Assembly (NCBI GenBank): GCA_937625935.1
Contig: OW569367.1
Location: forward strand, 62,001 to 126,000
Source: Tetramitus jugosus
Taxonomy: Eukaryota; Protista; Heterolobosea
Length of the DNA stretch: 64,000 bases
Direction: 5' to 3'
The translations under genes and the position numbers were made by a program. A model generated the notes under the pieces. The model ran no database searches and was not told where the DNA came from. It was given only the letters and a program-made list of their open reading frames with translations. This document shows, in pieces, positions 1 through 10,613 of this stretch (position 1 is its first letter; every line of letters begins with the position of its first letter).

Positions 1-1
1 A

Positions 2-703
2 GAGGCTCGAAAGCTGTTCATTGATACGCTTGAGGATATCAAGCATCACCAAACATTCCAGGAAGAGAATGTGTATCAGTCAAGGAACAGGCTGGAGTTT
101 GTCAAACATTCCTATCACAAATGGTGTGCAGAAAGGATGCACACACACGATATCACCCTAAGTACCAACAAAAGAAGGCAATGTGTCGATTGCTGCCTCG
201 CTAGATACGTACCATCTACGATGCTCAAGAGGCCTTTCCAAGCAGGTATATACAGTCGTGACCAATTAGTTGTTGATGGACAGCCTCTGGGTCACAAAGA
301 ATTCAAGTCCCTGTTCCCTAAGTGCAAAGTTGGAGTCACATCCCACCAAGTGCTGAAAATTATGATTGGCCAAATGAAGGAATGCATGTGTTCCCAGCTA
401 ATCAACAGGGGAGAAAAAGAACCCGCACTCTACAAAGGGATGTTTCACATAGAAAACAGGAAGCATCTGCAGTCACTATTTGACCAGGAAAGGAACAGAA
501 AAGTGGAAGAATGTGAGAGATGGTGGCTGCAAAAGGCCGTTAGTAGAAGTGAAGCGGACTTTAGCTTCCTCAAAGATCCCCACAGTATAGACAGGCAGCT
601 TGGGTGGTTTCAGATGCAAGTCATCAGTGGAACGCTCCATACCGCAGAGGTTGTTAGAGTCCTCTACAACTCAGACAACAATCCCACCACAGGGCAGTGC
701 TGA
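2..703 (+). mobile_element. Non-LTR retrotransposon (LINE) ORF2 fragment, probably the post-RT / zinc-binding region; open from the window start
   Basis: Frame is open from nt 2. GIYSRDQLVVDGQPLGHKEFKSLF and WFQMQVISGTLHTAEVVRVLY...GQC resemble the region downstream of RT leading into the zf-RVT zinc knuckle of L1/Tx1-like elements. It abuts the RT ORF in a different frame. Confidence 0.5.
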
Positions 704-1995
704 TCGATTCAATCACGAATAGCACATTGTCGATCCCAAAGTTGGACCATCTCCTGAACAAGTATGGCTTACAAGGGGTCAAGTCAAAGTCCAGTGTGTT
801 AGCAGCACTTATGAAGGTTGACAAACTCTTACACACTGAGAGGCGCAGGACACATGATCGCCAGTTCCGCAAGTGGCTCTGGAAAGCGAGAACGTCCGAG
901 CATATCAATTCGGGTCTGTTCTTTGCTTCATCGACAGCAAAGAAGGCCAAAAGAGTCAGGTACAACTCGTGCCAGAGTGCAGGGCGAACAACCCATGACA
1001 CTAGAGCTGTTGCAGAGAGTGCAGCGACTCATTTCGAGGGGGCCTTCTCTGAAGAGATTGCGGACATGTCGTATCTATCTGAGTTGAAATTTAACAAGAA
1101 ACCCATTGAGATGGAAAGAGCATTCTCTTCCATCACAATTGAGGAAGTGAATGAAGCTCTCGGATGGCTAAGTAACAGCAAGACACCGGGGATAGACGGA
1201 ATCAAGAACGAAATGTTAAAGCTCCCACGTATCGAGAACCGCGACTGTCGTAGAGAACTTGCAGAGATCCTCACTCACTTCTTTAACAACATCACAAGAT
1301 CCGGGAAGTTCCCGGCTGAGTGGAAAAGAAGTATCATCATCCCTGCTTACAAAAAAGGCGACAGCAGAACGCTCGATACTTATCGTCCGATAAGCCTGCT
1401 AAGCTCTCTGTCAAAAGTTTACACGAGACTACTCAACAAGAGAGTTTCGTTGGCAGCAGAGAATTGCGAAGTCTTTAATGAGACACAAGGAGGTGGACGC
1501 AGCATGAGAGATATTAGAGAAAAGTTTTCAATAATTAGAGGAATTGTCGATGACGCGAATAGGAGGCAGAGACAACTATACCTTTTATTACCAGACATCT
1601 CGAAGGCTTTTGACTCAGTCCCACATAACGCAATACGTACCGTCTACGATTTCTTCGGCTACCCAGACAACATCACCAAGTTAGTCACTGATATGGTGTC
1701 GAACAATGAGGCACAAGTTTTGGCAGGACAACTCTCGAGACCCTTCAAAATCAACAAGGGCACGAGACAAGGGGACTCGTTGTCTCCCACTACATATATA
1801 TTGGTACATCAAACAGTCCTCATGTTTGCACAACGTAGAGCAATTGGATACCAGGCGCTCTCTCAAAAGATCTGGAACATAGCGTATGTTGATGACTGCA
1901 ACATTGTGTCAGAATCCAAGGAAGCTATAGAACGCATTGCTAATGATATGAGTGGGGTATTGGAGATGTTGCGGATGCAGATTGCTCCCAATGCG
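697..1995 (+). mobile_element. Non-LTR retrotransposon reverse transcriptase, 3'-truncated
   Basis: LINE RT motifs KTPGIDG, YRPISLLSSLSKVYTRLL, DISKAFDSVPH, GTRQGDSLSP and catalytic YVDD. Similarity stops about 30 aa after YVDD (IAPN), where an inverted DNA-transposon fragment begins; the ORF stop is at 2040. Confidence 0.9.
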
Positions 1996-2635
1996 TTCAC
2001 GATACGTGCAACATGCCTGGGACCCAGATTCAAGACTTGAGACGTTCAATGACTCTTCTGGCTTTAACCTTTGCTTGAGCAATCTGCTGATCAGTCTTGC
2101 CATCCCAATCTGTCGTTATACTGCATGAGTGCCATGAAGAATGATTGTAAACAAAGAGTATGTGCCTTGGAGAATGAGAGTAAACAATGAAACGTCACAT
2201 GCCTTGGATTCTGTCCAAAGCTTCATCAACAAGGAGAATACTCCCTCCAGCAAATGCATAATATCAATACTTCCAAAACTTGTCCATTCCCAGTAAGGAA
2301 GCATTTCTGAGAAGATCGAAATACCAGTGTGTCCATTGATGACCAAGCCACTCCTTCACTGAGTAGTGTTCGATACTTGTTGTACACTTCTTTCACTTGA
2401 GTATCTTTTCTCAGGGAGTGATCAAACACAAAATCTTGGAATCGTCTCAACAGAGGATAACAAAACCTCTTATCAATAGTGCAACCAGAGTGATTGCAAA
2501 ATCCACAGGCGCCCCTTCCACCGTGTTGTTGTTGCATGAACAAACCTGCTTTAGCCGGTAGATCGCAACAAGAGTTGATACATCGGAGCCGGAACAACTC
2601 TTCGTTACCGATGAGTTCTGGAGTGTCAGCTTCTT
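1995..2635 (-). mobile_element. CACTA/EnSpm-type (Transposase_21/Tnp2-like) transposase remnant, frameshifted
   Basis: Minus-strand peptides in three frames, in the order expected for this family: FRLRCINSCCDLPAKAGLFMQQQHGGRGACGFC (DxPA...G..C..C), then GISIFSEMLPYWEWTSFGSIDIMHLLEGV (LPYW...D.MH...GV), then RLKS*IWVPG. Confidence 0.7.
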
Positions 2636-2662
2636 ATCAGTAAGTTGGTCGTGATATTGACC

Positions 2663-3150
2663 ATGGACGAAGATCCCATCGACTATGGACTCTTTTTTAC
2701 AAAGACGGCACTCTCAAGTAATGCTGGATTGGGAAGAGGGCGAGTAAAAAATGGTGGTCGATCTCGGTACTCTCCTATAGATATGTACAGCATCTTGAAA
2801 ACGAATCCTAAACTTTTTCAGAAGCTTGTCGTTGACACATTTTGGACAAGTTACGAGGTAAGATTACATTAAAACCCAAGAGCTCTTGGGTTCGAGAGTC
2901 AAGTGTGTGAGTGTTATCAACAGACTGTTGTTAACTCTAATCTGGATTACTCATTATCAGAGATACAACCAGTTGTCATCTTTGTTCGGAATCTCTGAGT
3001 TTTGTGTGTCTGTTGTGATACGTGAGACACTACTCTCGTCTCTTTCTTCAGCAAGAAAGAATTAGTATGAAACATAGTTCTCTCAAGGAGATTGTGTTTT
3101 ATTATCGATGGGACAATTCATCCTATTTCCAAGCCGAGGTATGGTCAGCC
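2663..3150 (+). mobile_element. IS5/ISL2EU (PIF/Harbinger-related) DDE transposase remnant
   Basis: Frame 3 from ~2895 reads VINRLLLTLIWITHYQRYNQLSSLFGISEFCVSVVIRE (HTH_Tnp_4-like). After a frameshift comes FIIDGTIHPISKPRYGQ (first Asp of the DDE_Tnp_4 motif DGT...I..P). Truncated after that. Confidence 0.7.
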
Positions 3151-3159
3151 AAGATTCTG

Positions 3160-4250
3160 TTTTGTGAAGACACTTGTGACACCACCAGTCACCAGATGGA
3201 ACTTCATTCAATACTCACACATTTCAAATGACACGAATGATCACATGCCAGAAGTGGATCATCTTCTGATTCCTCCTCCAGACACACAAAACACTCGTCA
3301 GCATTCAAATGATCAAGTTCTTCATCATCAGAGTTGTCTGTTGCTGCAATATGTGTCACTTCACGATCTCTCAATCACTTGGAACGTCTGCTGTCTAGTT
3401 CACTTGAATATTATCTTCTGTTGAATCACATTGTGTGTCCATCAGTATCATCATCATTCACTTGCTTCTCCATTGCTGTCTCTTACTACCACGTCTCTTA
3501 TAATTTCTCTGTTTGTTGTTCTTCTTCTTCTTCTCAGACAACATTCCAGTATTCTGGGGATCAGCTGACACTAGCATGTAGTTGCTTGGCATCTCACCAT
3601 TCAAGAACTCATAGAATTTCTTCCATGCAGATACCAGGTACTATTCCAAACAATATCTCATGTGCCTTTGCATCTGCAAGTGATTTATGAGTATCATACG
3701 TTCCAGTTGCATTATACATGCATACAGAGCAGTTAAACTCATTGGTACCTTCCCTTTCTTCAGATTCTTAAGAATGCCTGTTCCATTCTAGATCTAAATA
3801 TACTACAGCATATCTGTATATGGTATTGGTTTCTCTGGTCTGACGAATAGAGGCTTCACTTGCACTAATGCAAGCAAAGTACCATTGATTCTAGTTACTT
3901 GAGAAGTTCTGATCTTGTCATTGTACTTGACAACTTTGATCAAAGTTGGATCCAGGTCCTGTTGCACATCATAAAGAGCTTTCCAGCATCACTATACTTT
4001 GCTCCATAATAACTTTCTCTCACCACTTTAACCTTTTGCATATGTAAAGCCCACGCCAGTTCTCGAGCTGATCTTTCGTAAAGCTGTATCTTAGTCCCTG
4101 CATTTCTCTTAGTACACTGATGCAATAACTTCTTGATGTTCTCATGTAGACACACTCTGTTTGTCTGTTTACAAAAGCTATATAATGCGATCTCTTCCCA
4201 AGAGTCATACAATGCTTACGTTCTGGATGCAGAAAATACAAACATTCTGC
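3160..4250 (-). pseudogene. Decayed ORF ending in a PHD finger (transposon-associated or host pseudogene)
   Basis: The reverse strand of 3170-3293 reads ECFVCLEEESEDDPLLACDHSCHLKCVSI, then after a frameshift LNEVPSGDWWCHKC: a PHD C4HC3 pattern with one Cys segment deleted. Upstream sequence is coding-like but full of stops, so the 5' limit is uncertain. Confidence 0.55.
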
Positions 4251-5643
4251 TGACTCTCACTAACTTTGTCATAATGAACTGGAACTGGTAAGCAGTGAAT
4301 CTTCGCATGATGATGAACTGATAAACTTTTGTCAGAATACTGGACAGTTTCACAGAGAGAATAGCGAATAGTATATGCAGCCAGTTGTATACTCCAGAAG
4401 CGAGATATATGTGAGTACAGAAGTTAAATCGACTGTATATGCAACAAGCGACTTAAACTCATCGCACCTTTCACGATGAATAGATACCACCTAACAATCC
4501 TTATTTTTGTTGTGCAATGGATTAAATGCATTGCATAACGATTTCACTTGATATCAATCTAACAAACACGACACAATAATGTAACCGGAATGCAAGAAGC
4601 GTACATAAGATTATTGGAATCACAATAATTGAATTTAACATTCTATTCAAACTTGTTAAGGATCTATTGCAGAGTGTGAGTATTAAGAAATCAGATGTCA
4701 CCAAATTGAAGTAACGAAAATTTACTCCAGCACAACAGTTTCTGTTGTACATGATTTGGATGAGACAATATGTTTTTGACGAGTTCTTAGCTTGTGAAAC
4801 GGTAATTATGTCTTTCAATCATCTTTGGCAAGAAAGATAGGAGAGGAGTGTGTTGACTGGCTCAATCGAGTCCAAGTCATAAAGAGTAAAGGCCAGCAAC
4901 GCTTTGTTGCATGGATGAAGGTTACCGCATCTATGAGTTTGTTGTTGATGGTGGTTGACGGACCGCGTCGACAGTTTACAGAAATTATCAAGGAATTAGG
5001 AAGGGTCAAGGGGTAACTAACCGGTTCCAATACCAGAATAAGAAATTGCCCATGTCACTGCTAGTGTGTAGATTACTCCTGAGCTAGTGTAGGTAGAAGA
5101 ACAGGGAACTGTAGTAACACCACTGTCATCAGTGTCTGTTTTATGCACCGTCGGGGACAACAAGAGCAGAAGAGTGAATGACGGTCGTCACTCACAAAAC
5201 AAGTCAATAAATGAGCAATCGTGTGCTTGATGGTTGTATTTAAAAAACAGCATATGATTTCGACTGCAGACTTCTGTCAATGTTGTTTCAAGTAGTTGCA
5301 AATGCTCGTAGCAACCAGCAATCTCCTTCGAACTCGTGAGGAGGCGACATATCACCTCCGCACATCTTCTCTTTGTGTTCTCTACTAGTGAGGTTTAATA
5401 TGTCCGAGAGACAGTATGCCACAAGACTGAGAAGACTGATCACAACAAACAAGCAAGTATATTGAAACGTTCCAACACAACTAACATTGGATAGAAACAG
5501 AGGAGGCGACGAAACGAGTTTTAAAGGGTAGATGATAAGCATGATCGCAACTGACCTATGGAATCTTCGCAAAGGACGTGCACGGAGAAAAGCATCAACT
5601 GTCATTCCATTCTTGTGCTTTAAAGAAACAACAAACGACTCCC

Positions 5644-6480
5644 ATGCTGCTTGCCCAACATACCTTTCGAATTTTATTGGTCATTCTGTCAGTTTGGATC
5701 ATTTTCAGTGTGTACTTGCTCCTGCCACAGCAATCACCATCGTCATTGCCTCCAAAGGCAATAAAGGCAACTCTTCCCATCTTCAGTACATTCCCAACGG
5801 ATTGCACAGAAAAGTTTGGCCCAAGTGAAAACCGTAGAGTGTACACCTATTACCAATATATCCCAAATTTTAGAGACGACTTGGAAATGATTGAGATTTG
5901 GAAAGCAAACTGGAGGCAACATTGCTGGGAGCCGATAGTGCTGAATGTGACTCATGCGATGAATCATGAGAGTTATGAGTCATTTCTAGCCAATGTGACC
6001 CGGCTTCCTACAGTTAATTCCAAAGCTTATGAAATTTCATGCTATGTTCGCTATTTGGCCATGGCAGTAGTCGGTGGAGGTATTATGGTTGACAACGATA
6101 TGATCAACATTGATTTCAAACCAAGTGATATGACGATTCCTTTGCCAGAGAGATTTTCGTGCTATGATCAATTTATTCCCTCCATGGTCTATGGTTCAAA
6201 AGCCGAGTTTGAAAGAATTGCAAGTTACATGTCTCACTATCAATTAAGATCGGATGACCAGTCCGATGGCAGGACACACACCTCAGATATGTTAATACTT
6301 CGGAGGATGTTGAAGGAGAATCTTGTGGACGAAGTGAAAAACTCTCCAGTCAAGTCAGGTAAATTAAACCATCTTAGCTCCCATTGGACGAAAATGGTCA
6401 ATCAGTATGTTGATGTGGATATTGATAAGAAGAATTTGTTCCGGTTGGCATTGTTATTTAAGCACGGTATGCAGACCTGA
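5644..6480 (+). CDS. Type II membrane glycosyltransferase-like protein (GT-A/DxD type)
   Basis: N-terminal signal anchor ILLVILSVWIIFSVYLLL, Pro/Ser stem, VYTYY...IWKANW...WEPIVLN, then CYVRYLAMAVVGGGIMVDND (GG.x.DxD). First ATG is at 5644 (the ORF track start 5578 is GTG). Confidence 0.6.
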   Translation: MLLAQHTFRILLVILSVWIIFSVYLLLPQQSPSSLPPKAIKATLPIFSTFPTDCTEKFGPSENRRVYTYYQYIPNFRDDLEMIEIWKANWRQHCWEPIVLNVTHAMNHESYESFLANVTRLPTVNSKAYEISCYVRYLAMAVVGGGIMVDNDMINIDFKPSDMTIPLPERFSCYDQFIPSMVYGSKAEFERIASYMSHYQLRSDDQSDGRTHTSDMLILRRMLKENLVDEVKNSPVKSGKLNHLSSHWTKMVNQYVDVDIDKKNLFRLALLFKHGMQT

Positions 6481-6620
6481 ACAAGGGAAAACAAAATGTT
6501 ATAGACAGAACAAGGAGAAGACAAGATGATTGAGCCAAGGCACTTACTCGGGTAGACCTCAAAATTAGACCAAAGACAGCACTGTGTGAAATTCTTTGCA
6601 TCAATAAAATTTACAATTGT

Positions 6621-7445
6621 TTAACAAAATCTGTCTCCATTGAAGGCTGATGGAAGGTCCGTTGCCTTGATGAGATGGATTCCTCTCGACGCCATGTCTG
6701 CCTTGGCAGCATCAATTGTGGAAGAAGCAATACCAACAGTAGCATCTTCAATAACAAATGTCTTGTATCCATAGGATGTCTTGGAATCAGAAGCAGAGAA
6801 GTAGACACAGTAGTCCAATGCAATACCAACGAGGTAAACCTCATCAATGTCATGAGCAATCAAGATGTTGTTCAAAACAGTCTCGTGGAAGTGACCATTG
6901 TCAAAGAATGCAGAGTAGGAGTCAAGGTCACATTTGTAACCCTTTTGGACAACGACATCGGAGCTCTTCTTTACCAATGAATCAACAAATTGAGCATCAG
7001 TAGTGTTTTGTACACAGTGATCAGGCCATAAAGTCTGGCTCAAGGTGACAGTTTGAGTACCAGTGCAATCAACACCATAGTTGGCCTTAGTAGCCAAATT
7101 TGGAGTGGTACACAAGTCACCATTAGTGTTGTACACAAGGTCTCTTGAAGAGAACACTGGATATCCGACGTGAGAAGAAGCAAAGGAAGCATGATTCGGA
7201 CAATGCCAATCTTGAGTTCTCACAACAAGGTCAAAGTGTTGATCATATCTGTTTCTGATTCTGTTGATGGTTGGAACAATGCCCAATCCACCAGAAACAG
7301 CCAATGTGCCTCCTTCAACGAAGCAGTTTTGTACATCAATCATCAATAGGGCTCTCTTTGGGGAGATACGTTTGGCCTGAGTCAGGGAGCTCGTAAAGCA
7401 GACGAGAGCGAGCAATAGAGCTACAACAGTAGTTTTGTACATCAT
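6621..7445 (-). CDS. PNC1: Nicotinamidase/pyrazinamidase with signal peptide
   Basis: IDVQN (catalytic Asp), QDWH and WPDHC (metal ligands), QKG (Lys) and GIALDYCV (catalytic Cys), preceded by a hydrophobic N-terminal leader. Confidence 0.93.
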   Translation of the reverse strand: MMYKTTVVALLLALVCFTSSLTQAKRISPKRALLMIDVQNCFVEGGTLAVSGGLGIVPTINRIRNRYDQHFDLVVRTQDWHCPNHASFASSHVGYPVFSSRDLVYNTNGDLCTTPNLATKANYGVDCTGTQTVTLSQTLWPDHCVQNTTDAQFVDSLVKKSSDVVVQKGYKCDLDSYSAFFDNGHFHETVLNNILIAHDIDEVYLVGIALDYCVYFSASDSKTSYGYKTFVIEDATVGIASSTIDAAKADMASRGIHLIKATDLPSAFNGDRFC

Positions 7446-7583
7446 GGTTGGATTATAGTACAGAGCGGTCTACAGAAGGTTTCTCTTGGTTACTGGCAGT
7501 TGGAGTGCAGTTAAATAGATTAGTTATGTTACAGTGTTTGGTTTGTTTTGTGAGCGTGACTGGAATAACAAACTAGTATTTCC

Positions 7584-7591
7584 TTTTTATA
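7584..7591 (-). promoter_or_regulatory. TATA box upstream of the nicotinamidase gene
   Basis: The minus strand reads CCCCTATAAAAAGG about 140 nt upstream of the ATG, followed ~30 nt later by a CAGTCA initiator-like and CA-rich leader. Confidence 0.4.
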
Positions 7592-8193
7592 GGGGTGTTG
7601 GGAGCGAGATCTGGAACATGTCAACTGTTGGTTGATGAAGTTGATCCCAAGATTTGGTGTCCCAGGGGAAGTTTCGCGACTCGACCTCGTCAACTGTTAA
7701 CCAATGCGCGAGCTGCTCCATCGAGTGTCATTGATCTAGGGTTACTCGGTATGGCTTCTGCATTCTGGATATCAATGATTGATATTGGAGAGCATTCTCC
7801 GATAAAACATCAACCTCACAGGAGGATACTTAGCGAGGCAAGTTTGAGTATTCATGGTGGTTGTGTTGACGACGGAGGATCTTGGAAAGGCAGGTCTGAA
7901 AACTTTCGAGGTGTCTGTAATGTCACAAAAGAGTGCATAGACATTGGAGAAGAGGTAATTTTCCTCGTCTCTTGGGTCTTTGAGTAACAACTACAGTCGT
8001 CACCTCCAACAACGAAAAAGCAACCATTCATTCATGATTCCTCAATTTCTCCACCTGCGACAATCAAAATTCCGTTTCTCCATTTGAATCTCAGCCGGCG
8101 CGCAGCATCCAATTGAATTCCCACACTGCATGATGTGTGAAAAATTCGAATTCTTCTTCAGAAGCAAACAAAAAAGAAGATCTTCCGGAAACA

Positions 8194-9366
8194 ATGACTA
8201 CTTCTACCACCACACTTAACAAACAAAAAATTGTTCCCAAGACAAGCAACGAAAAAGCCATTCGGCTCTTTGACTTGAAAAATGCCATTCCAAAGCATTG
8301 CTTTGAACGAAGTTATCTCAAATCATTTACTCACTTGGGTATTGATTTATTGGAAATTGTGGTTCTAGGTGGAGCCATGCTCTACTTTTTGAAACACTAT
8401 AGCTCAAGTGTGAGCACACCCACCAATATTTTGGTTCAATTGGTGTACTCTGCTTTGCAAGGTGTGTTTTTTACGGCGGTTTGGGTGTTGGCTCATGAGT
8501 GTGGTCATGGTGCGTTCGCTCCTAGTCAGTTGGTGAATGATATTGTTGGATTCATCTTTCATAGTATGATGTATGTGCCGTATTTTGCTTGGCAATTTAC
8601 TCATGCTTCACATCATCATTACACGAGTCACATGGACAAGGATGAAGTTTGGGTGCCAAGCAGGGAAATTATCAAGCCTGTCGGAACAAAAACGTCGGAG
8701 AAAAGTCAACTACAGGAAACAAAGGAAGAACACTCTCATTTCTATGTGTGGTACATGATCTTTGTCATGTTGACAGCTGGATGGCCAATGTACATTTTTA
8801 CGAATGCTACAGGTCACATGACTCAAGACTCTGCCAATCACTTCAATCCTAATAGCTCCATTTTTGATAATATGAAAAAGTCGGACAAATGGAAGATTCA
8901 CTTGGGAACGGCGGGAATTGTAGCTTGGACCTTGTTTTTGATTGCAAGTCCATTCTTGTTCTCTGGTTTCACTTTTATGATGCTTGTGAGATTGTATGTC
9001 CTTCCAATGTGCGTCAACTTTTTCTTCTTGACTTCCATTACCTATTTGCAGCACACGGATCCAAAGTTGCCTCATTTTGAGAGCAGCGAATGGGATTGGT
9101 TGAGAGGAGCTACAACCACGATTGATCGTGATATGGGTGCTTTCTTGAACTGGCAATTGCACGACATTCATCACACTCATGTCTGTCATCACATTTTTAG
9201 CAAATTGCCATTCTACAACTCAAGAGAAGCTACAGTTCACATTAAGCGTGTGTTGGGAGATTCTTATCAGTACGAAGAAGAGAACTACTTTATTTCTCTG
9301 TACAAGAATTTGAAGGCCTGCCGTACTTTACAAGAAACTGAACCGGGCATTTTATGGTGGTTGTAA
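8194..9366 (+). CDS. FAD2: Delta-12 (omega-6) fatty acid desaturase
   Basis: AIPKHCFERS, three His boxes (HECGH, HASHH, HVCHH), TYLQHTD and WDWLRGA.TIDRD. First ATG is at 8194. Confidence 0.93.
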   Translation: MTTSTTTLNKQKIVPKTSNEKAIRLFDLKNAIPKHCFERSYLKSFTHLGIDLLEIVVLGGAMLYFLKHYSSSVSTPTNILVQLVYSALQGVFFTAVWVLAHECGHGAFAPSQLVNDIVGFIFHSMMYVPYFAWQFTHASHHHYTSHMDKDEVWVPSREIIKPVGTKTSEKSQLQETKEEHSHFYVWYMIFVMLTAGWPMYIFTNATGHMTQDSANHFNPNSSIFDNMKKSDKWKIHLGTAGIVAWTLFLIASPFLFSGFTFMMLVRLYVLPMCVNFFFLTSITYLQHTDPKLPHFESSEWDWLRGATTTIDRDMGAFLNWQLHDIHHTHVCHHIFSKLPFYNSREATVHIKRVLGDSYQYEEENYFISLYKNLKACRTLQETEPGILWWL

Positions 9367-9482
9367 ACAAAGCCGCCGATGAGATAAACAATTTTGCATT
9401 TTCTAAATTTATGCCTTCACATCTGGTGGCCAACAACATCCCAACAACAAGAAAAAACACAAGAGTTGAGCTACGAAGAAGA

Positions 9483-10574
9483 ATGAACTTGCTTGGCAAC
9501 GGTGGAATCTTATTTATTGCAGTCATATTGTCTTGGCTCTATTTCAGAACATATGTGCAACCAACAACCACCCCAATGATTGTTGCAGTACTTGGTGGCA
9601 CTGGATCACAGGGCAAAGGGGCAATTGATATGTTATTGAGCAACAACAATCAACTGATTATTCGTACAATGACCCGTAACGTCTCATCACCTGAAGCTCA
9701 AGCTTTGATGCAGAGAGGAGTCGAAGTAATGTCCGGTTCGGTTCACAACGAACGAGATCTCACTCAACTTTTACAAGGTGCTACACACGTTTTTGCTGTA
9801 ACTTTCTCTGATTTTGAACAGGGAAGAGAACTGAAATCTGGTCAGCTGCTGGGAAAGATTATCTCTCGTACTCAATCCATTTCCAGTGTTGTGTTCAGTG
9901 GAGGACAAAGAACAGGCATTGCTGTCCTTGATACGAAGGCTGATATCGAAGAAGAGTTGAAAGGACAAATTGCCAATGAGGAGGCAATGAATCATTTGAA
10001 ATTTGTCCTATTCCTTCACTCGTCCTTTTTCTATGAAAACTTGATTACAAAAACGGGAACCAAACGTGTTTTCAAGACAGATGATGGCTCAATAGTCTTC
10101 AAAGCTCCTTTACCAAAAGATCTGAGTGTTCCAATGGTGAGCTCATATGATATTGGTAGAGCTGCTGGTTACGCTTTCCTTTATCCAGATAAATTCCAGA
10201 GTTATGCTGCTGTCGGTCGAAGTCAATCTGTGAAATTATTCCAGGCTCAACCTATTCAGTTGGTGGGCCAAGTTGCTAGTGGCGACACCTTTGCTGAGCA
10301 ATTTACACTACAAAGCAAGGATTTGGGTCTTTCAGCAACGTATGAAGCATCTGGAGCCAACAGAACAACTCTTTCACAGCAACTACCACCAAAAGAAGCA
10401 GCCGCGTTAGAACTCATGTATCAGTGGTTCGAAAAGATGGCTGATCAAACAAAAGACAGTCACAAGAATGTTGACTTGTGTTCGAAACTGTTTCCAGGGA
10501 TCGTTCGAAATGTTCATCACTGGATGAAAGACGAAGGACACTCTAAAATACTTAAGCTCTTGTCCGTCCAATAA
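9483..10574 (+). CDS. NmrA-like NAD(P)-binding protein with N-terminal membrane anchor
   Basis: Rossmann motif VAVLGGTGSQG, IRTMTRN, GVEV, DTKADIE, SFFYEN and MVSSYDIG; hydrophobic GGILFIAVILSWLYF at the N-terminus. The start could also be ATG 9411. Confidence 0.85.
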   Translation: MNLLGNGGILFIAVILSWLYFRTYVQPTTTPMIVAVLGGTGSQGKGAIDMLLSNNNQLIIRTMTRNVSSPEAQALMQRGVEVMSGSVHNERDLTQLLQGATHVFAVTFSDFEQGRELKSGQLLGKIISRTQSISSVVFSGGQRTGIAVLDTKADIEEELKGQIANEEAMNHLKFVLFLHSSFFYENLITKTGTKRVFKTDDGSIVFKAPLPKDLSVPMVSSYDIGRAAGYAFLYPDKFQSYAAVGRSQSVKLFQAQPIQLVGQVASGDTFAEQFTLQSKDLGLSATYEASGANRTTLSQQLPPKEAAALELMYQWFEKMADQTKDSHKNVDLCSKLFPGIVRNVHHWMKDEGHSKILKLLSVQ

Positions 10575-10613
10575 ATGAAAACAAACATTGTATATTTACA
10601 ATAGAAATGAAAA

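Noticed and set aside
4260-5600. Short ORFs 4522-4818, 4825-5016, 4815-5030 and 5288-5605
   Set aside because: No recognisable motifs, mostly non-ATG starts and no convincing splice pattern; probably decayed or intergenic sequence.
7595-7990. 130-aa (+) and 72-aa (-) ORFs between PNC1 and FAD2
   Set aside because: Non-ATG starts and no domain similarity; the region looks like a divergent promoter.
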